From the human T2T-CHM13v2.0 reference genome, Homo sapiens, in assembly GCF_009914755.1 (NCBI RefSeq), contig NC_060935.1: DNA of 64,000 bases. One strand, given 5' to 3'. Position 1 is the stretch's first letter; each line of letters begins with the position of its first letter. Below, one piece after another: positions 27,751-42,712 of the stretch. Below the pieces are notes generated by a model. The model did not search any database, was not told the origin of the DNA, and saw only the letters and a program-made list of their open reading frames with translations. The position numbers and the translations under genes were made by a program.

Positions 27751-27944
27751 CAGCACTGCTCAATAGAACTTTCTGCAGTGATAGAAATGGTCTATAAATC
27801 TAAGCTGTTTGATACCAGTGGCTATTGAGTACTTGAAATGTGGCTGGTGCAACAGAGAAACTGCATTTTTAATTTATTTAATTTTAATTAATTTTAATTT
27901 AAGAAACCACATGTGGCTAGTAGCCACTGTAGTAGACAGCACAG
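27751..27944 (+). mobile_element. MER3 (hAT-Charlie)
   Basis: CAATAGAACTTTCTGCAGTGATAGAAATG...CACATGTGGCTAGTAGCCACTGTAGTAGACAGCACAG. Confidence 0.85.
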
Positions 27945-29746
27945 CTCTAGTCATTTCCCCTGTGTTCTGTCCTGTAATCACCTGGCTGATTTTGTTACCA
28001 TTGTTGGCATGATAAAGTAGGCTGCTTGCTGTTAATTGTTCTAACCTTAAAGCCTGGTGGTAGGCATGGTACATTGTGGAACAGGTGCTCGGATGGGTGA
28101 ATGTAGAAAGGCTTCAATGGCAAGGGCTAAGGATTAAAATTTAAAAGACTGAATGTAAAAGACTTTTAGATTTATCTTTCCAAAATAATAAAATACATGG
28201 GGATACTTTCCCATTTACTAAGTTCCTGAAAAATGATATGGACAATTTCTATAATGATTTATGGCCTGTCCAACGCTTTCACGTGTCTTTTTTCCCCCAT
28301 TGGCATTAATAGTGGTAACACAAAGCCAACAAGCAAGTAATTTTGTGTTGTTTGTATACACACACAATCAAAAGCAAAGATAAGGTGAGTAACTTGTTCA
28401 GTTACAGAACCAGAAGGAGTTTACTGTTATCATTCTTCAAGAATAAAAAGAGCTGGGACAATTCTTTTCAATCTACTACATAAAATATTTCAAACAGTTC
28501 AGCTTATGTTTTAGAGTCATACATTAATCACTAATGTGTATAAACAATGACACTAAAAGATCTTATGGTGATTATTCAGGTTCAATGGTAACAGTTAATG
28601 ATGATTACGTATGCCTTACTATAACCTCTTGAAAATTGGTAAATTTTGCAAACCATGTATGTTAACTCTTGATGAAGGCACACATAATAAAACTCATGTA
28701 ATTATAAAATTAACAAAAAATGTACATTTCCACAGCATACAGAAAATAATTTGCCATATTTATTTCTCCACTCTCAACTTCTTCGTTAGCTTAAAATGCT
28801 TTTTTTCTATCTAATTTCTTCACATTTCATCTACACTCTGATCATACCTTGTTCCGTCCTTGTCCCAAATGTATCCTGAACTTCCTTGCTTCTTTTCCAT
28901 TGTGTGTGGAGTTCTGTTCATTCAGAGTGCTCTTCCCACTTGTCCACCTACTAAACCTTAACATTTTTCAGCATCTAGATCAAATGCCTCCCACTACAGA
29001 AAGTCTTTTCTCTCATCAGAATTCATCACTCCTTGTTCAGTATTTTCTTAGCAATTCTGATCTTGATCTCACACTTTGCACAATAGATATTTATCTGAAA
29101 GCCTTGTTATTAGTTAGTAGTCTGAATGTACCATGAGTTGAAGACCATTTGAATCTCTTTAAAGTTCCTATAAGATAGGTTCTTAAATAATGCTGGTTAC
29201 AAATTATTTTTTTAAAAATTCAATTGTGAAACAGCATTTGTATTTTGTCTTGCTAACGTCAGATCAGCTTCACAAAACAGCATCAGAAACTCAAACCTCT
29301 ATTCAGGCATTCCTGATACTATTCACAAGTGAGAATCTGAAAGTGCAAAGCTTAGAGTAGCAGATTGGCACAGAATCCCCTCAGCTTGAAAATTTTGTCG
29401 GAATAAATAATCACCTAACACTCTGCCTTCACACTCTTTGCACGTAAAAGCTAAAGTGTTCAGAATGCAAATCCCTTAACAAAATTCCAAAGTAGAGCAG
29501 TCAGAGAATAACATTAAAATCTTAGTGATAGACGATATTTATCATGGTACACTGATTCTAATTAAGTGAATTATTTTGTTGCAAGTATTTTATTCACTTA
29601 TTCAAGAAATATTTATTAAGCATACATCATACGCTAGGCACTCTGCTAGGCTAGAGATTGAATACAAATATTACATTGTTCCTATTCTCAAGAATTCATA
29701 GTCTCCTAGGAAAGGCACAGTATGTAGTATATTAAAAAGAAAAACT

Positions 29747-30048
<302 letters not shown>

Positions 30049-31874
30049 GCGTCGGTACAATAACTTCTATTTTGTTCTCAGCTTGATCAACTAATCTGAG
30101 CCTATTTCTTCATCTGTAAAATGGAGACACTAAAATTACATACCTTACTGGGTTATTGTGAGAACTTAGGAAGGTAATGTATGCAAATACATGAAGTATT
30201 TAGTCCATTGTTTGTAATTTAATAAATTCTCAGTAATTATCAGTAATAATAATTGCAGTTCAAGGTGAAAAGTGCTATGAACAAGGAAAATAGAATATAC
30301 TATGCAAATGTGAAAGGATGGGACCTCATTCTGTCAACGTAAGTTGGAGAAGCCTTCTCAGAGGAGGATTGTTGAAAGACTTGAACGATGAGTAGGAATT
30401 TTCCAGGTGACATCACTAAGAAAGGAATGGATGCTTCCGATGAAAAAACACATCCTCAGAAGAATATATTCAAGAGAATTGTAAGCAGCACAGTATGGCT
30501 AAAGCAGAAGGCGGATGGAGAAGAGACTAAAGAACATGACAAAGAGATCTCATAAACATTCAGAAGAGGAGCACTGTGGATGTATTTCCATTTTACCAAA
30601 AGCAATGTGGGATGAAATACACTTTAGAGTGCTGAAGCATTAAGTGAGAAAACAAGCTGTAAGTTTATCTCAACAGTTCCAGGACATAGATGACAAGATC
30701 TTGAACTTAGTTCTAAACAACGGGGATGAAGATAAGAAAAAAATGAGGTTGTCTTGAAATGGTGTAATGATTGGTAATGGAGATTGAGACATCACTATAA
30801 AATCACAGAAGAAAGTATGTTCCTGTTTTTTCACCAACTTACTATAATGAAAATGGACATATAAATATATTTCATTTATTGCTGGAAAACTAACAGGATC
30901 ATATCAGAAAGAATGAAGATAATTTCTCTCTATTAGATTGAAGAATATTGCAGGATTAGTTCATGCTTTAAAATGATCTTCCCCCATAGAGACAATATTT
31001 TTTATTTTTACTTTAAATAATCTTAATATTTCATTCATTTTAAAATTTAAATAGAGTTTACAAAAAAAGTATCCAAATTTATCCCACAAAAGCAGAAAGG
31101 GAAGATTAGAAATCTCTAACTGTGCATAGTGTTCTAATTTTTAAATTCTAATTGTGTTTTATCCTATCTCAAATTGTAGAATCTTTTTAAGAACTATTTT
31201 TAATTTTAGAAACTTATATTTTTTATACTACCAAAGATTGAAGTTGACAAGGTATAGAATTTTTCAACACCTAAAATTATCAAAATAATTAACTTCCAGG
31301 ACAACACTTTAACTCAACTACTTCCCCAACCTATGCCCTCCAGCCACCAGAAAGAAGCCTTCAGGAGTCCCTACAGCACCCACACAGGTCCTCTCCAGTT
31401 TTCCCCCTCCCTTCCTGATGCTGTGAAAACCACAGAATAAATGTTTATCACTTTCAAAAATATTTTATATATATATATATAATGTATATGAATTTTTCTT
31501 TTTACTGCACATAATATAGTACCCTGTTCACCTCTCAGATAAATAAATCATAATTATCATTTTCTGCTTTTAAATACCCTGAAAATATAATATAAAAATT
31601 ACATAAAATCAATTTTTTGAAACATAAAAAAATTAAAAGAATTACAAAAACAACTTGTTCAATAAATTTTGTCTTATAAAATATCTGCCAAAGAAAATAT
31701 TCTAAAGAGAATAAAAATGATTGTTCCTCTAAGGCTTAGGCTTAAATATTCACACATTTCAATATAAAATATAACTAAAGACATCTTTCATTTAGCATAA
31801 ATTGTTCTGATACCTATTAGATAAATCAGTATTTGCAGTGAAGGTATTTTAAGATAAACCATTATAGTTTACAA

Positions 31875-32401
31875 TAGCAATTCTCAAACTTTCTAAGTTT
31901 CATAACACCTTTGCACTCCTAAGAAGTACTGAATGCTCCAAATGACTTTTGTTTATGTGGGCAATATCCACTGGTATTTACTATATTAAAAACTAAAACA
32001 CAAATTTAAATATTCATTGATCTTAAATAACCTATTACATGTTAACGCAAATATTTTTATTGAAAATTGTATATTTCCATAGAAAATATAGAAATATTTT
32101 TAGTGTGAAGGGTGGCATTTTTAGTGTGAAGGGTGGCATTTTTTCTTACTTTATTTTTAAAAAGTTTGCAAAGTGTCAGACTTCATAGAAGATAGTTGGA
32201 TTTTTATAGCTATCGCATTTAAAATGCTGTGATACCATGTGTCAGAAAGCCTACAGAAAATTCGATCATATATTCATAAGAGAATGAGAAATAGAGATAT
32301 ATGGCATTTTAATACTATATAAAAATAGTTTTGACCTCACAGGACCTGTGAAAGGATTCTGAATCTCCAGGTGTCTTTGGATCACATATTAGTAATTTCT
32401 G
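31875..32401 (+). mobile_element. Charlie4a-like hAT element containing a perfect 21-bp tandem duplication (32101-32142)
   Basis: TTCTCAAACTTT...TTTTGTTTATGTGGG...AAAATAGTTTTGACCTC...GGATCACA; unit TAGTGTGAAGGGTGGCATTTT x2. Confidence 0.7.
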
Positions 32402-33194
32402 CTCTTCAGGAAAATGTCAATTGGAAGTGTAAACAATTTAAATTTTAGTAACTGAAAATACAAATGTTAAGATGATTGTAGCAAATTTATAGAAAAAATA
32501 AAAACTGTGATGTCATGTTGAAATAAATATATTCATAAAAATACCAGTGGCTCCATCAGAGACAGATATGTCTAAGAAATTAATATTATGCAAATTTTAA
32601 CTAATAATCCAGATTTTGTCATTTTTAATGTTCAGATGCTGAACATAAAATATAAACATATTATAATTAATTTTATATACATTAATATATGTAAAGTTTC
32701 TAAATAACTTTATTTTTATCTGCATTTTAGATTTTAAAATGTCAAATTCTAAAGTAAACATAGTTCTACAGGTATAAATTGATAAAAATATACTAATCAT
32801 CTGACAGTTATAGCTCTTTTTAAAGCAGTTTTGAGATACTCTATTTCAAGAACAAATAAGAGACTACTAACACCCTTCCTTCCCTGCTCCACATAACAGT
32901 TTCACCTCTTATTTGAGAGAATGTTCAGATATTGACCTTAGTTGAGTCAGCCAGAGACACAGAGCTCTGGGTTAGAACCACTGCCTAGCCAGGAAGAGGG
33001 AAATGTGATAAGAGGTCAGTGTATTGCTAAAAATCACACTCCTATCTATGTTTAGATGAGATGGAATAAATCATGAAGGCAAACAAAGTCTTCTTGACAG
33101 AAGAAAGTATATATACAGCTAGACTTTGGAAAGATTTTCTTTTCTTGTTTTCCATAGAACATTTTAAACTCAGTTTAACATATGGTGTTTAGCA

Positions 33195-33505
33195 AAGTCA
33201 TCGCTGATAAGATGACATTTGAGTAGACATCTGGATGAAGGGAGGAAGCAAGCCATGCAGACTCCGGGTAAAGCATGTTCTCAGCGGAGGAAACTGCACT
33301 TGGAAAGGATCTGAGGCAGACTTGTGCTTAGAATGTTTGAGAAAGAGCAAGGAGACCATTTGGCCAGAGTAAGATGGATGAATGGGGCAAGTGAAAGGCA
33401 TGCAGTCAGAGAAGTAGTAGGGAACTGATTATGTAGGTCTATTTATATTTAGAATGAATGAATTTGGGAATGACTGGAAGGCTGTAAAAAGAACAGAGAC
33501 ATTAT
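33195..33505 (-). mobile_element. L2 fragment; other L2/MIR relics near 40-155, 1460-1585, 4515-4900, 8245-8470, 9345-9600, 11735-11950, 29590-30790, 35150-35370, 51890-52090 and 54880-55060
   Basis: GACATTTGAGTAGACATCTGGATGAAG...AAGAGCAAGGAGACCA; MIR core motifs such as GAGGAAACTGA and CTTCATCTGTAAAATGG. Confidence 0.7.
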
Positions 33506-36031
33506 CCAATAATTAACACATATTACAATTACTGTGTGTCAGGCTCTATTCTAAGTACTTTATATAAGCTTGTGTCATCCTCACAAAAAAAAAACTATGA
33601 AGTAGGCACATAAAGGATATTGCTAAATATTAAAAGGGCTTTGTGAAATTCTTCAGATTGACTTTCTAAACCACCTTTGGGCAAAGACAAATATTTCCTA
33701 GGAAGGAACATCCATTGCTAACTAAAGTTGAGTGAGTGCTGGTTAATGCTTGGTGCAACAGACCTAATATCTGATTTAAAAGAATCACATTAGATAGTCT
33801 TAAGAATAGATAGTAGTAGGGCAAGTGTGGAAGCAGGAAGATGAGTTGGGAAGCTTACAATACCCAGAAATTTTAGGAAACTTGGAAAAATGTGTGAGAT
33901 GAACATGTTTGAGCTGATTTATCCTAGATTCCCCATCACTGCTGGTGACCTAGTAGAGTTAGTTGCAGTTGACAGAAATGGAAGTAAAGGAGACCACTAA
34001 AATAACATCACAGATCTGAAACCAAATGACCGTAAGATATTTTCCTTAGTATAAACAGTAAGCCAAAAATGAATTCAGGTGAAGTCAACCATTATTTCTG
34101 ATTATATTATATATAAAAAATATTCCAGATGAAGCGGTTTTTAACAGATATTAGCACTCCCATGATATTGATAAGAAAACAAGTTCAGAAAGAAGCATGT
34201 ATACTGAAGAACACATAGCTAATAACTGGTAGAGTCTGGATTTCAATCCAATGGTGTTCAACTTTGGGGCCTAAAATAACTGCTAGATTATATCACTGGC
34301 TCTTTAATTTATAGTTGCTAGGGGTCCTGTGAATCTCTAGGTGAGAAATTCTTCAAGAATAGCCTAAATAATTCAAGGAGGTTTAACTGGATCCAAGTGG
34401 GGTAAAAGGAGAACACCAAAAGTAGGCACCATATATGAACTCACTGTTTTAGAATATTGTTCTTAGCATCTAGACAGGTGGGTAAACAAATGGGTGCAAT
34501 GTACAAGCAGCTCAGCTGTTCCCAGTGATTTGTGTTTTGTCAAAATAACTCAGCCAAGTTGTCCTCAGTAAAAATGTTACAGCATTTTTTTTTTTTTTGC
34601 TTGTTTTAAAAACACTGGCGAACCCAAAGAGACACAGCAGCCAAGAATTGAGGCTGCCATTTGCAACTGTGCCAGGGTCAAAGTCACTGTCTGTCCTTGG
34701 GCCATTCATTCAAATGTTTTGAGACCTCATTTGTCTCACAGATAAATGGAACTCTTGCTACTTATCCATTTTTCCTTTGAGATCCTTCAGATAATTTGCA
34801 ATTTAATGAGAAGTATGGGCAAGATATTATCACCTTCTCTCTGCTAATTAAATTCTTCCTTTCTTTACTTCCCAAACTTCAACATAACATTCCAAGACTT
34901 ACTTGACTATTCATGATCCTCTTCTTTTTCAATTTTATCATAAATTTGTCATCTGGCATTGAGCATTCCCTTCATTTTAATGGTGATAATCCTTTTATGC
35001 ATGTGGCCTGTCTACCCAGAGTTACTAGGAGATCCTAGAAGGCAGAACCAAGATTACATATATATTTCCATGTACACCCGGTGATCAGTGAAATGCTGTG
35101 CAGGAAATTAGAACTGGCTGAGAATTCGATGATGGTAATGATGACTGTAATAGCAGTTACTGTTTATGGAGCACATACTTTGTGCCAGTCACATTATATA
35201 ATGTCTTATTTTATCCCCACAAAAACTTGCAAGGCATTTATTATAATATGAATTTAGAATCAAGGAAACTGAGATGCATAGATAAACTGAGATGCATAAG
35301 TAGTGCATAAAAATCAGAAAGTCAGTGGCAGAGGTATGATAAAAATCCACACTGTTCTAACTCTCAAATCAGTGCAGAATGGCAGAAGTGTCATTTCAGT
35401 TATATATGTATGTAGGATCCATTCGCCATGCACTCACCAATACACTTATGCATCAGTTTATCCATCAGTTTAATAATTTAGCCATCCACCCACCTTTCCT
35501 CCAAATATCCACTCTTCCATCCACACACTCATTTGTTCTTATATTCACGTAGCCATTCTTCAATTCTTCCGTTCACTTACCTTGTCATCCATTCCACCAC
35601 TCTCTTCATGCATTCAACTAACCATTCACTCATACACTAAATAATTCATTCATATATCTACTCATCCAATTATTTTCTAACTCATCCATTTATTCCCTAA
35701 CATATCTGTATATTGAAACCATTACCAATCTGTTGATTTATTCATTTAGTCACTGATTCATTCATTTATTAATTTAATAATTCCTGACATCTATCCATTA
35801 ATTCTATCACCTATTCAACTGTTTATTAAAATATATGCATTTATTACCATTATTAAGTATCTTCTTTGTAGCAAACCCTTACTAGATACAAGGAACACTG
35901 AAATGAGTAAGACGTACTCTAACCTACAGTATCTTACAGTCTGATTCAAATAATCTAGAAAAAAATAATGTGAGGCAAAGGAGAAAATATCTTTGTTGTG
36001 TGGAGAGAAGCAGTTCAATAAAAACTTACCA

Positions 36032-36394
<363 letters not shown>

Positions 36395-36477
36395 TTACAA
36401 GTTGGAAAACAAAGGAAACATTTCAGACAATGGGAAATGGTAAAGCAGATGCAAATTTACATTAAATAACAGGATAT

Positions 36478-37155
36478 ATGTGGCATACTGTTGGTCATTC
36501 CCCAATATTTATTATGCCTTTCTAATAGTAATAAAATTACGAATTAAAAGCTAGGCAAAATAGTTGCCCAGAATCAAATTTACTTTTTCAGCCTCACTAA
36601 CCATACAGTTAGTTAGGTATTGCCATTTATGTTAGTTTTGATCACTGAATGTGAGCAGAAGTAGTGTTTGCAACATCTGTGTTATGTTTCAAAAGGAGAA
36701 GAAGTAATAAACTTGACATCCCTTTTATCTTCCTTCTGGCTGAAATACAGTTATGCTATTTAGCCATGTTGGACCATGTAGATAAAGCAACCTGGTAGAG
36801 GTGGCAGAATTATAGGATGGAAAAATTCTAGACCCCATGACATTGTGCCGGTCAACCTCTTCTAGCTTTGGCTTTTACTTTTTTTATCTTGTTTAAACCA
36901 CTTGTAATTTCTTAATTTGGATGTTTTATGGTATGTGACCCTTTATTCTATACAATGGACTGTTTCACGAAACGAATATAAAATACATGGCATTCTCTTT
37001 GAGACAGTAAGAGAGGCTGTGAAGATACAGATATCACATCTTGGAAAGCTGAAAACTCTCAGTACATTATGGCCAATATTTGGTAAAACTTGTCCTAATA
37101 CTTGGAAAGAAAACTCCTTCCTGTGAGAGTCTATGCTCAAGAGGAAAGGTTTAGA
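36478..37155 (+). mobile_element. Old MLT1 LTR (about 36478-36955) followed by the start of MLT1 internal sequence
   Basis: TCTTGTTTAAACCACT 3' LTR motif, then TGGCCAATATTTGGTAAAACTTGTCC...ACTTGGAAAG resembling MLT1-int. Confidence 0.55.
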
Positions 37156-37232
37156 AATATTCTTATTCTTATTTTATGTTTTAGTAAAGGCCCACAAGAG
37201 ATGAAGGACACTAGGATGGAGATTTAGTTTAC

Positions 37233-37557
37233 ACAGATTGGAGACTCTACAGATCAGTGCAGGGACACACTCTTTATGTGCAATTTGTAATCTAGGTTGA
37301 CTGAAAATTTTATAATTTGGGGCCTTATATATTCAAAAAGTGAATTGATTTTGTAACTTAGGTTGAAAAATAATAGTAGGCAGCCCTGAAAAAGTACTTT
37401 ACCTGGAGAATAGAATATGGCACCAAGTGTTTTTAATTAAAAATTGTTAGTGAGACATTGGAGCCACCACAATAGCAAAAATCGAATTAAGGATGTTACC
37501 TTCCCATCCAAACATATTATTTTAGATGACTCAAAAGATAGCCTTCATTTTATTTTT
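37233..37557 (-). pseudogene. Pair of exon-like segments: 37500-37557 and about 37233-37402, 97-nt intron
   Basis: ctgttactctcag|aaaaat...gggaag|gtaaca, then tattctattctccag|gtaaag... open for about 49 codons (KVLFQGCLLLFFNLSYKINSLFEYIRPQIIKFSVNLDYKLHIKSVSLH); second donor uncertain. Confidence 0.4.
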
Positions 37558-37789
37558 CTGAGAGTAACAGTAGAATAGGCAGGGCACAGAGGGTTTTTTT
37601 TTTTAAAGACTAGACTCTCCAGACTTAAAACTATTTTAAATTCTATATTTTGCTCAGTAGTTTTGAGAACTAGAACATGCACATTTTTAAAAAGCCAGGC
37701 AAACAGCAAGTTCACAAATTTTATTGAGCCCATCTGAGTGCTGTGGTCACAGGACAGCCAACTGTCCACCAATAAACAAATAGACAGAC

Positions 37790-39810
37790 ACCTGCAGGGA
37801 GAAGTGAAACATAGTAATTTTCCAAAATTATTGACTGACAACAAAGCATGTATCCAAGAAGTTGAGAACAAAAAGCACAATACATATCAAAAGTGCTGTA
37901 ACTTGGCACATCATATTCAAGCTACTGAGAACCAAAGACAGAGAGAAGTTCTTCAAGATAGCCAAAGAATGAGGTCAAATTATACACAGTGAAATAAGAA
38001 TAGGAATTATATCCATTCTCAGCAATAGACTTGGCCTACTTTTGTATATTAAAAAAGAATTATATCGAATTATTTAAGACTTCTCAGAAACTGTGCAAAT
38101 TGAAAGATAATAGAATGACAACTTTAAAGTGCTGAAAGAAAAACTGTGAAAATTGCATTAAAAAGTTGCTAAGTTAACTCAAGTGGTCAGAAAAAGAACA
38201 ATAAAACAACATATTGAACAAATACAATATACCTAGCAGATCTGTATATTATAATCCAACTACATCAATAATAGCATTTTCTATAGGTGTTATAAACACA
38301 CCAATTACAAAATTGTTAGACTGAATAAAAATCTAAGGCATATAGTTATATTCTATCTACAAGAAACGTACTTGTTTTATTCAGTTCAGGCTGCTTTTAC
38401 AAATACCTTAGACAGGGTGGCTTATAAACTTTAGAAATTTATTTTTCACAGTTCTGGAGGCTGGAAGTATAAGATCAGTTTGCCAGTGTGTTGATTTCTG
38501 GTGAGAGGCCTCTTGCAAGGTTGCAGACTTCCCATTCTATCCTCACATGGAGGAAAGAGGGCTAGCTCACTCTCTGGCCTTTTCTTCTAAGGGCACTAAT
38601 TCCATTCATGAATTAGGTCATGAACTCCATGCTCATGACCTAATTTCCTTCTAAAAACCCTACCTCCAAATACCATTACATTGAGATTAGGATTTCAACA
38701 TATTAATTTGGGTTGACATAAACATTCAGTCCATGGTACTACATTAAATATATAGCCTTATGTATGATAAAAGTAAAAGGATGGAAAGAGATTTGACAAA
38801 CACACAAACCAAACAAAGGAAAGCTGGAGTAGCAATATTAATAACAGACAAGGTAGAATTCAGAACCAGGTATATATCATCAGGAGTAAAAAGGTACACA
38901 ATCAGGTCATTTCTCTAAGAAGGTATTTTTAAAATCTTAATTTGGTATGTAGCCAGCAACATATGTAAATACATAAAATCTGTTGGTACATAAAGGAGAC
39001 ATATACAAACACACAATTGTAGTGGATTTGGAGGCATCAACACTCCTCAGTAATTCACAGAACAAGGAGACAAAAAGTGAGGAAGCTTACAGAAGTCTTC
39101 AAAAATATTAGCTACTACTTGATCTAAGTGACATTTTATGCAATAGTTTACTGAAGAACAGCAGAATATGCATTGTTCCCTCAAGCATACATGAAACTTT
39201 CATCATGACAGAACACAGAATAGGAAATTCAACAGACTTTAAATTTACGAAAGTAAAAATCATACAAAGTATATTAGACCGTAACATAATTTAAATAGAA
39301 AGAAATAATAGAAATATATCTGGGAAACCTTTAAGTACTTGGAAATTAAACAACACATTTCTAAGTAACACAGAGGTCAAAGAAGTCTCAAGGTAAAAAT
39401 ATTGAACTGAATGAAAATGGAAATAAGACATCAAAATTTGTAAGACACAGCTAAATAAATATTTAGAGAGAATGCTATAGCATTAAATGCTTATGAAAGA
39501 ATAAAGACCTTAAATCAATACTCAAGTTCTAGCTTAACAAATTAGAGAATGAAGAGACAAACTCAAAGCAAGCAAATCGAAAAACTAGGAGCATAAATCA
39601 ATGAAATTAAAAACAGAAAAGCAGTTTAAAAAAAAGCTGTGTTTTTGGAAAAAATAAAACTCTAGTCATACTGGCAACCAAAAATGAGAAAAGACATAAA
39701 TACCAATATCAGGAATTGAATAAGGGACATCATTACATACCTTCACAGACACAAAAATAACAAGGGAAAATTGTGAGCAACTCTATATCCACAAATTTGA
39801 CAAGTCAGAT
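37790..39810 (+). mobile_element. Old L1M ORF1/ORF2 (endonuclease region) remnant, interrupted by an MLT1A LTR
   Basis: Decayed AAGCTGGAGTAGCAATATTAATAACAGACAA (KAGVAIL..D), TGGAAATTAAACAACACATTTCTAA, GGGACATCATTACA. Confidence 0.8.
38373..38738 (-). mobile_element. MLT1A0-type MaLR solo LTR
   Basis: CACAGTTCTGGAGGCTGGAAG...GGCACTAATTCCATTCATGA...GGATTTCAACATA...AACATTCAGTCCAT. Confidence 0.85.
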
Positions 39811-40561
39811 GGACATTTTAGTGTGGTTATACTGTTCCTACTCTACTGTTGCGTTTTGGGTATGTTATAGGCCACTGGATCATGAAGAACCATAGATAGA
39901 CCTAATAAAGGTGAGTACTCATAACCTCAAGTTCATGGACTTCAATGGACTTTCATGAATGAGACTTTGAAGTCTCCCCCCTGGGTATGAGATGAATACG
40001 TTCTCTATGTGGAAGGAAGTGTACACAAATGATTGGCTGACCAAGGCGCATACTATGGCAGATAATTCTGGTTTTCCTTTAATATCAAGTGTTTTCTCCT
40101 CTCATGGAATAAACATGAAGCATAATCTTTAGCAGTGTGTATGGCCCTCCGGAATAAAGACTGCATTTTCCACCATCTTTCAAAGCTAGCTGTGGCCATG
40201 CAGCTAGGCCAAGAGAAATGCAAAATGTATGTGTGGAATTCAATGTCATACACCCTATCGGGCATAGTACATCTAATAAAATTTGAGACCAATCTAAGTG
40301 TTTCAATCAGATGATATTTTATAGAAGACATTTTTACACAGTGACAGACAATCCAAGAAGCCAAGCATAATGAATTCCTTAATAGCCACAATTTACCAAA
40401 CTCACTAAAGAAGATATATGTGTGTGTGTGTGTGTGTGTATATGTGTATGTATATATATATATACACATATATATATATATATAAAATCTTCTGAAGAGT
40501 ATTTCATCTATTAAAGATTAAAAACAAAATGATGCCCCTACCACTTATAGGGATAGAGGGA

Positions 40562-40921
40562 TATCTCAGTCCATTGTATGTTGCTGTAACAGAAAACCAC
40601 GGATAAATTATAATGAACAGAAATTTATTTCTTATACTTTTGGCACCTGGGAAGTCTGAAGCTATGGGGCCTACATCTAGCAAGTCGTTCTTGCCATGTA
40701 ATCCTACAGCTGAAATTCAAGAGTGCATGCATGAGAGAGCAAGCAATAAAGGGGCTCAGCTAATTCTTTATAAGGACACTACTCCTGCAATAACGGCATT
40801 AATCCATTCATGAGGGCAAAGTCCTAGTGTTCTAATAATCTTTTAAAGGTCCTACCTATCAACACTCTTTAGGGATTAAATTTCAACATGAGTTTCAGAG
40901 GGCATATTCAAGTCATAGCAA
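40562..40921 (-). mobile_element. MST-type MaLR solo LTR
   Basis: TCTCAGTCCATTGTATGTTGCTGTAACAGAA...AAATTTCAACATGAGTTT...CAAGTCATAGCA. Confidence 0.8.
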
Positions 40922-41607
40922 CAGATAATATGATGAGTCCAAAAGCTAAAGCTCCCTGCTGATGGATGCATGTTGAGAATTGAGTGATGAGAGTATGGGC
41001 CATTTGTCTGAGGCTAGAGGCACAGAGAAAAGGCAGCTTCTATGGAAGATGCACCCAAGACAGACCAAGAGGAAGGAAATACCTAACCTACCAAGGTCAT
41101 CCATTGGATGATACAACAGAAAAGGAAAAAGTGAAGACTACACCTAAGAGCAAAAATAGAGTGACCATCAAATTTACAGGTGAGTCATGTTTAGGCCTTC
41201 CCCTTCCTTTGAATTCGAATTTGGATGTGATGTCTATTGATGGTGGAGCAACAGAATTGAGAGATTTAGGACTGCTAAAAATTTAATGAAGAATTTTATG
41301 TGAAAAAGCCCAATTCAGGCTTATACAAAAAGAAATACATGTCATATTAAAATCATTGTTAATTTTGACTGTCCAATACAGTAGTCAATCTGTATCTTAA
41401 TTAAAATTAATACAGTATGTTACAATTAGATCTGGTCAGCTGGAAGAATATGAAAGATGGAGTTACAAAAGAGAGAAGGCTTAAACAGGCAGGAATATAT
41501 TGTATAATTTCATTTACGTGAAATGTACAGAATAGGCAAATCTAGAGAGACAGAAAGTAGAATAGTGGTTTCCAGGAACTAGGGGTAGTTACTGCTAAAG
41601 GGTTCAA

Positions 41608-41903
41608 GGACTGAGCATGGTGGTTCATGCTTGTAATCCCGACTGTTTGGGAGGCCAACTTAGGAGGATTACTTGAAGCTGGAAGCTTGAGACCAGCCTG
41701 GGAAACAAAGAGAGACTTCATCTCTACCAAAAATAAAAATAAAAAACTTAGCTGGGTGTGGTGACTTGCACCTGTAGTCCCAGCTACTTAGGAAGATCGC
41801 TTGAGGCCAGGAGTTTGGGGCTGCAGTGAACCATAAATGTACCACTGTACTGCAGCCTGGGAGACAGAGTAAGTCCCTGTCTCTAAAAAATAAAAAATAA
41901 CAC
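41608..41903 (+). mobile_element. AluJ inside an L1M 3' end (about 41480-42015)
   Basis: TSD AAAGGGTTCAA / AAAGTGTTCAA; J-type GAGGCCAGGAGTTTGGGGCTGCAGTGA; small right-arm deletion. Confidence 0.88.
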
Positions 41904-42592
41904 AAAGTGTTCAAGATTTTTTTAGGGTGATAACAATGTTCTAATATTAGACAGTATAAGTAATTTCAAACTTTGAAAATACCCTAAAAAGCCACTGAAT
42001 TGTATACTTAAAAAATAAAAACCAAACTAAAAAATAAGTATGTAAGAGTCAGATAATCAAAGGGTTTAGATGATATGACAAGAAATCTTTAATTATTTCT
42101 CTTGGCTGTGGATAGCCAGGATCGGGTTTTTTAGATGTAGTAACAATAAGATTAGATTTTTTAAAAGAAAACTTCAGCATCAGTGTGGAAGGTGTATTAT
42201 AGACAGCAAAGGACAATCCTGAAAGTACGACAATTATTTAGCATAGACAGGAGGAAATAAGGGCCTGAACAAGAGCAATAGCAATGAATACAGAATGGAA
42301 GTAATGAACAACAGGTGAGGAGAAAACTAAGTGGATAATATAAGAATGCATTTCAGTCATTTAACTTTTGTTCCCATCAATTGTGCATTCTAAGAGATGA
42401 CCTAAAACACCTATGCTTTAAAAAATTTTCATATTTTTTCTGTCACTGATTATATATATATGTATATATTTACTTGCTGGAAAAATAAGATGCAAGTATC
42501 CAAGCATGTGAGAAACACTACCCAATGCTTGGGGACAGTATTTTTATACCCCAAACTAAACCTTCTGCAGGTAGTTTTAGGTACCAAATTAC

Positions 42593-42712
42593 CCTCTAAA
42601 TTAAGATCTAACTGCTTCTTGCGGAATGCATCAAATCTAATTTCCCCATCAAAAGAACATCTTTATGTCAGTGATTTCTTTACTGAAACCAATCAGTGAT
42701 CTCTTGGAACTC
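42593..42712 (-). pseudogene. Exon-like segment, 120 nt, with an apparent 1-bp frameshift
   Basis: gcattttcttaatag|gagttc...tagagg|gtaatt; removing one T from a TTTT run gives the open SSKRSLIGFSKEITDIKMFFDGEIRFDAFRKKQLDLNLE, entering in phase 2 as required. Confidence 0.55.

Noticed and set aside
31813-32451. Idea that the Charlie4a-like element split an exon of the fossil gene
   Set aside because: An acceptor and a donor flank it, but the rejoined frame is ambiguous and no TSD could be defined.
36917-37126. 69-aa plus-strand ORF as a possible exon
   Set aside because: Lies in MLT1 LTR and internal sequence.
42600-42660. EF-hand-like DGEIRFDAF
   Set aside because: The first half of the loop and the position-12 Glu are absent.
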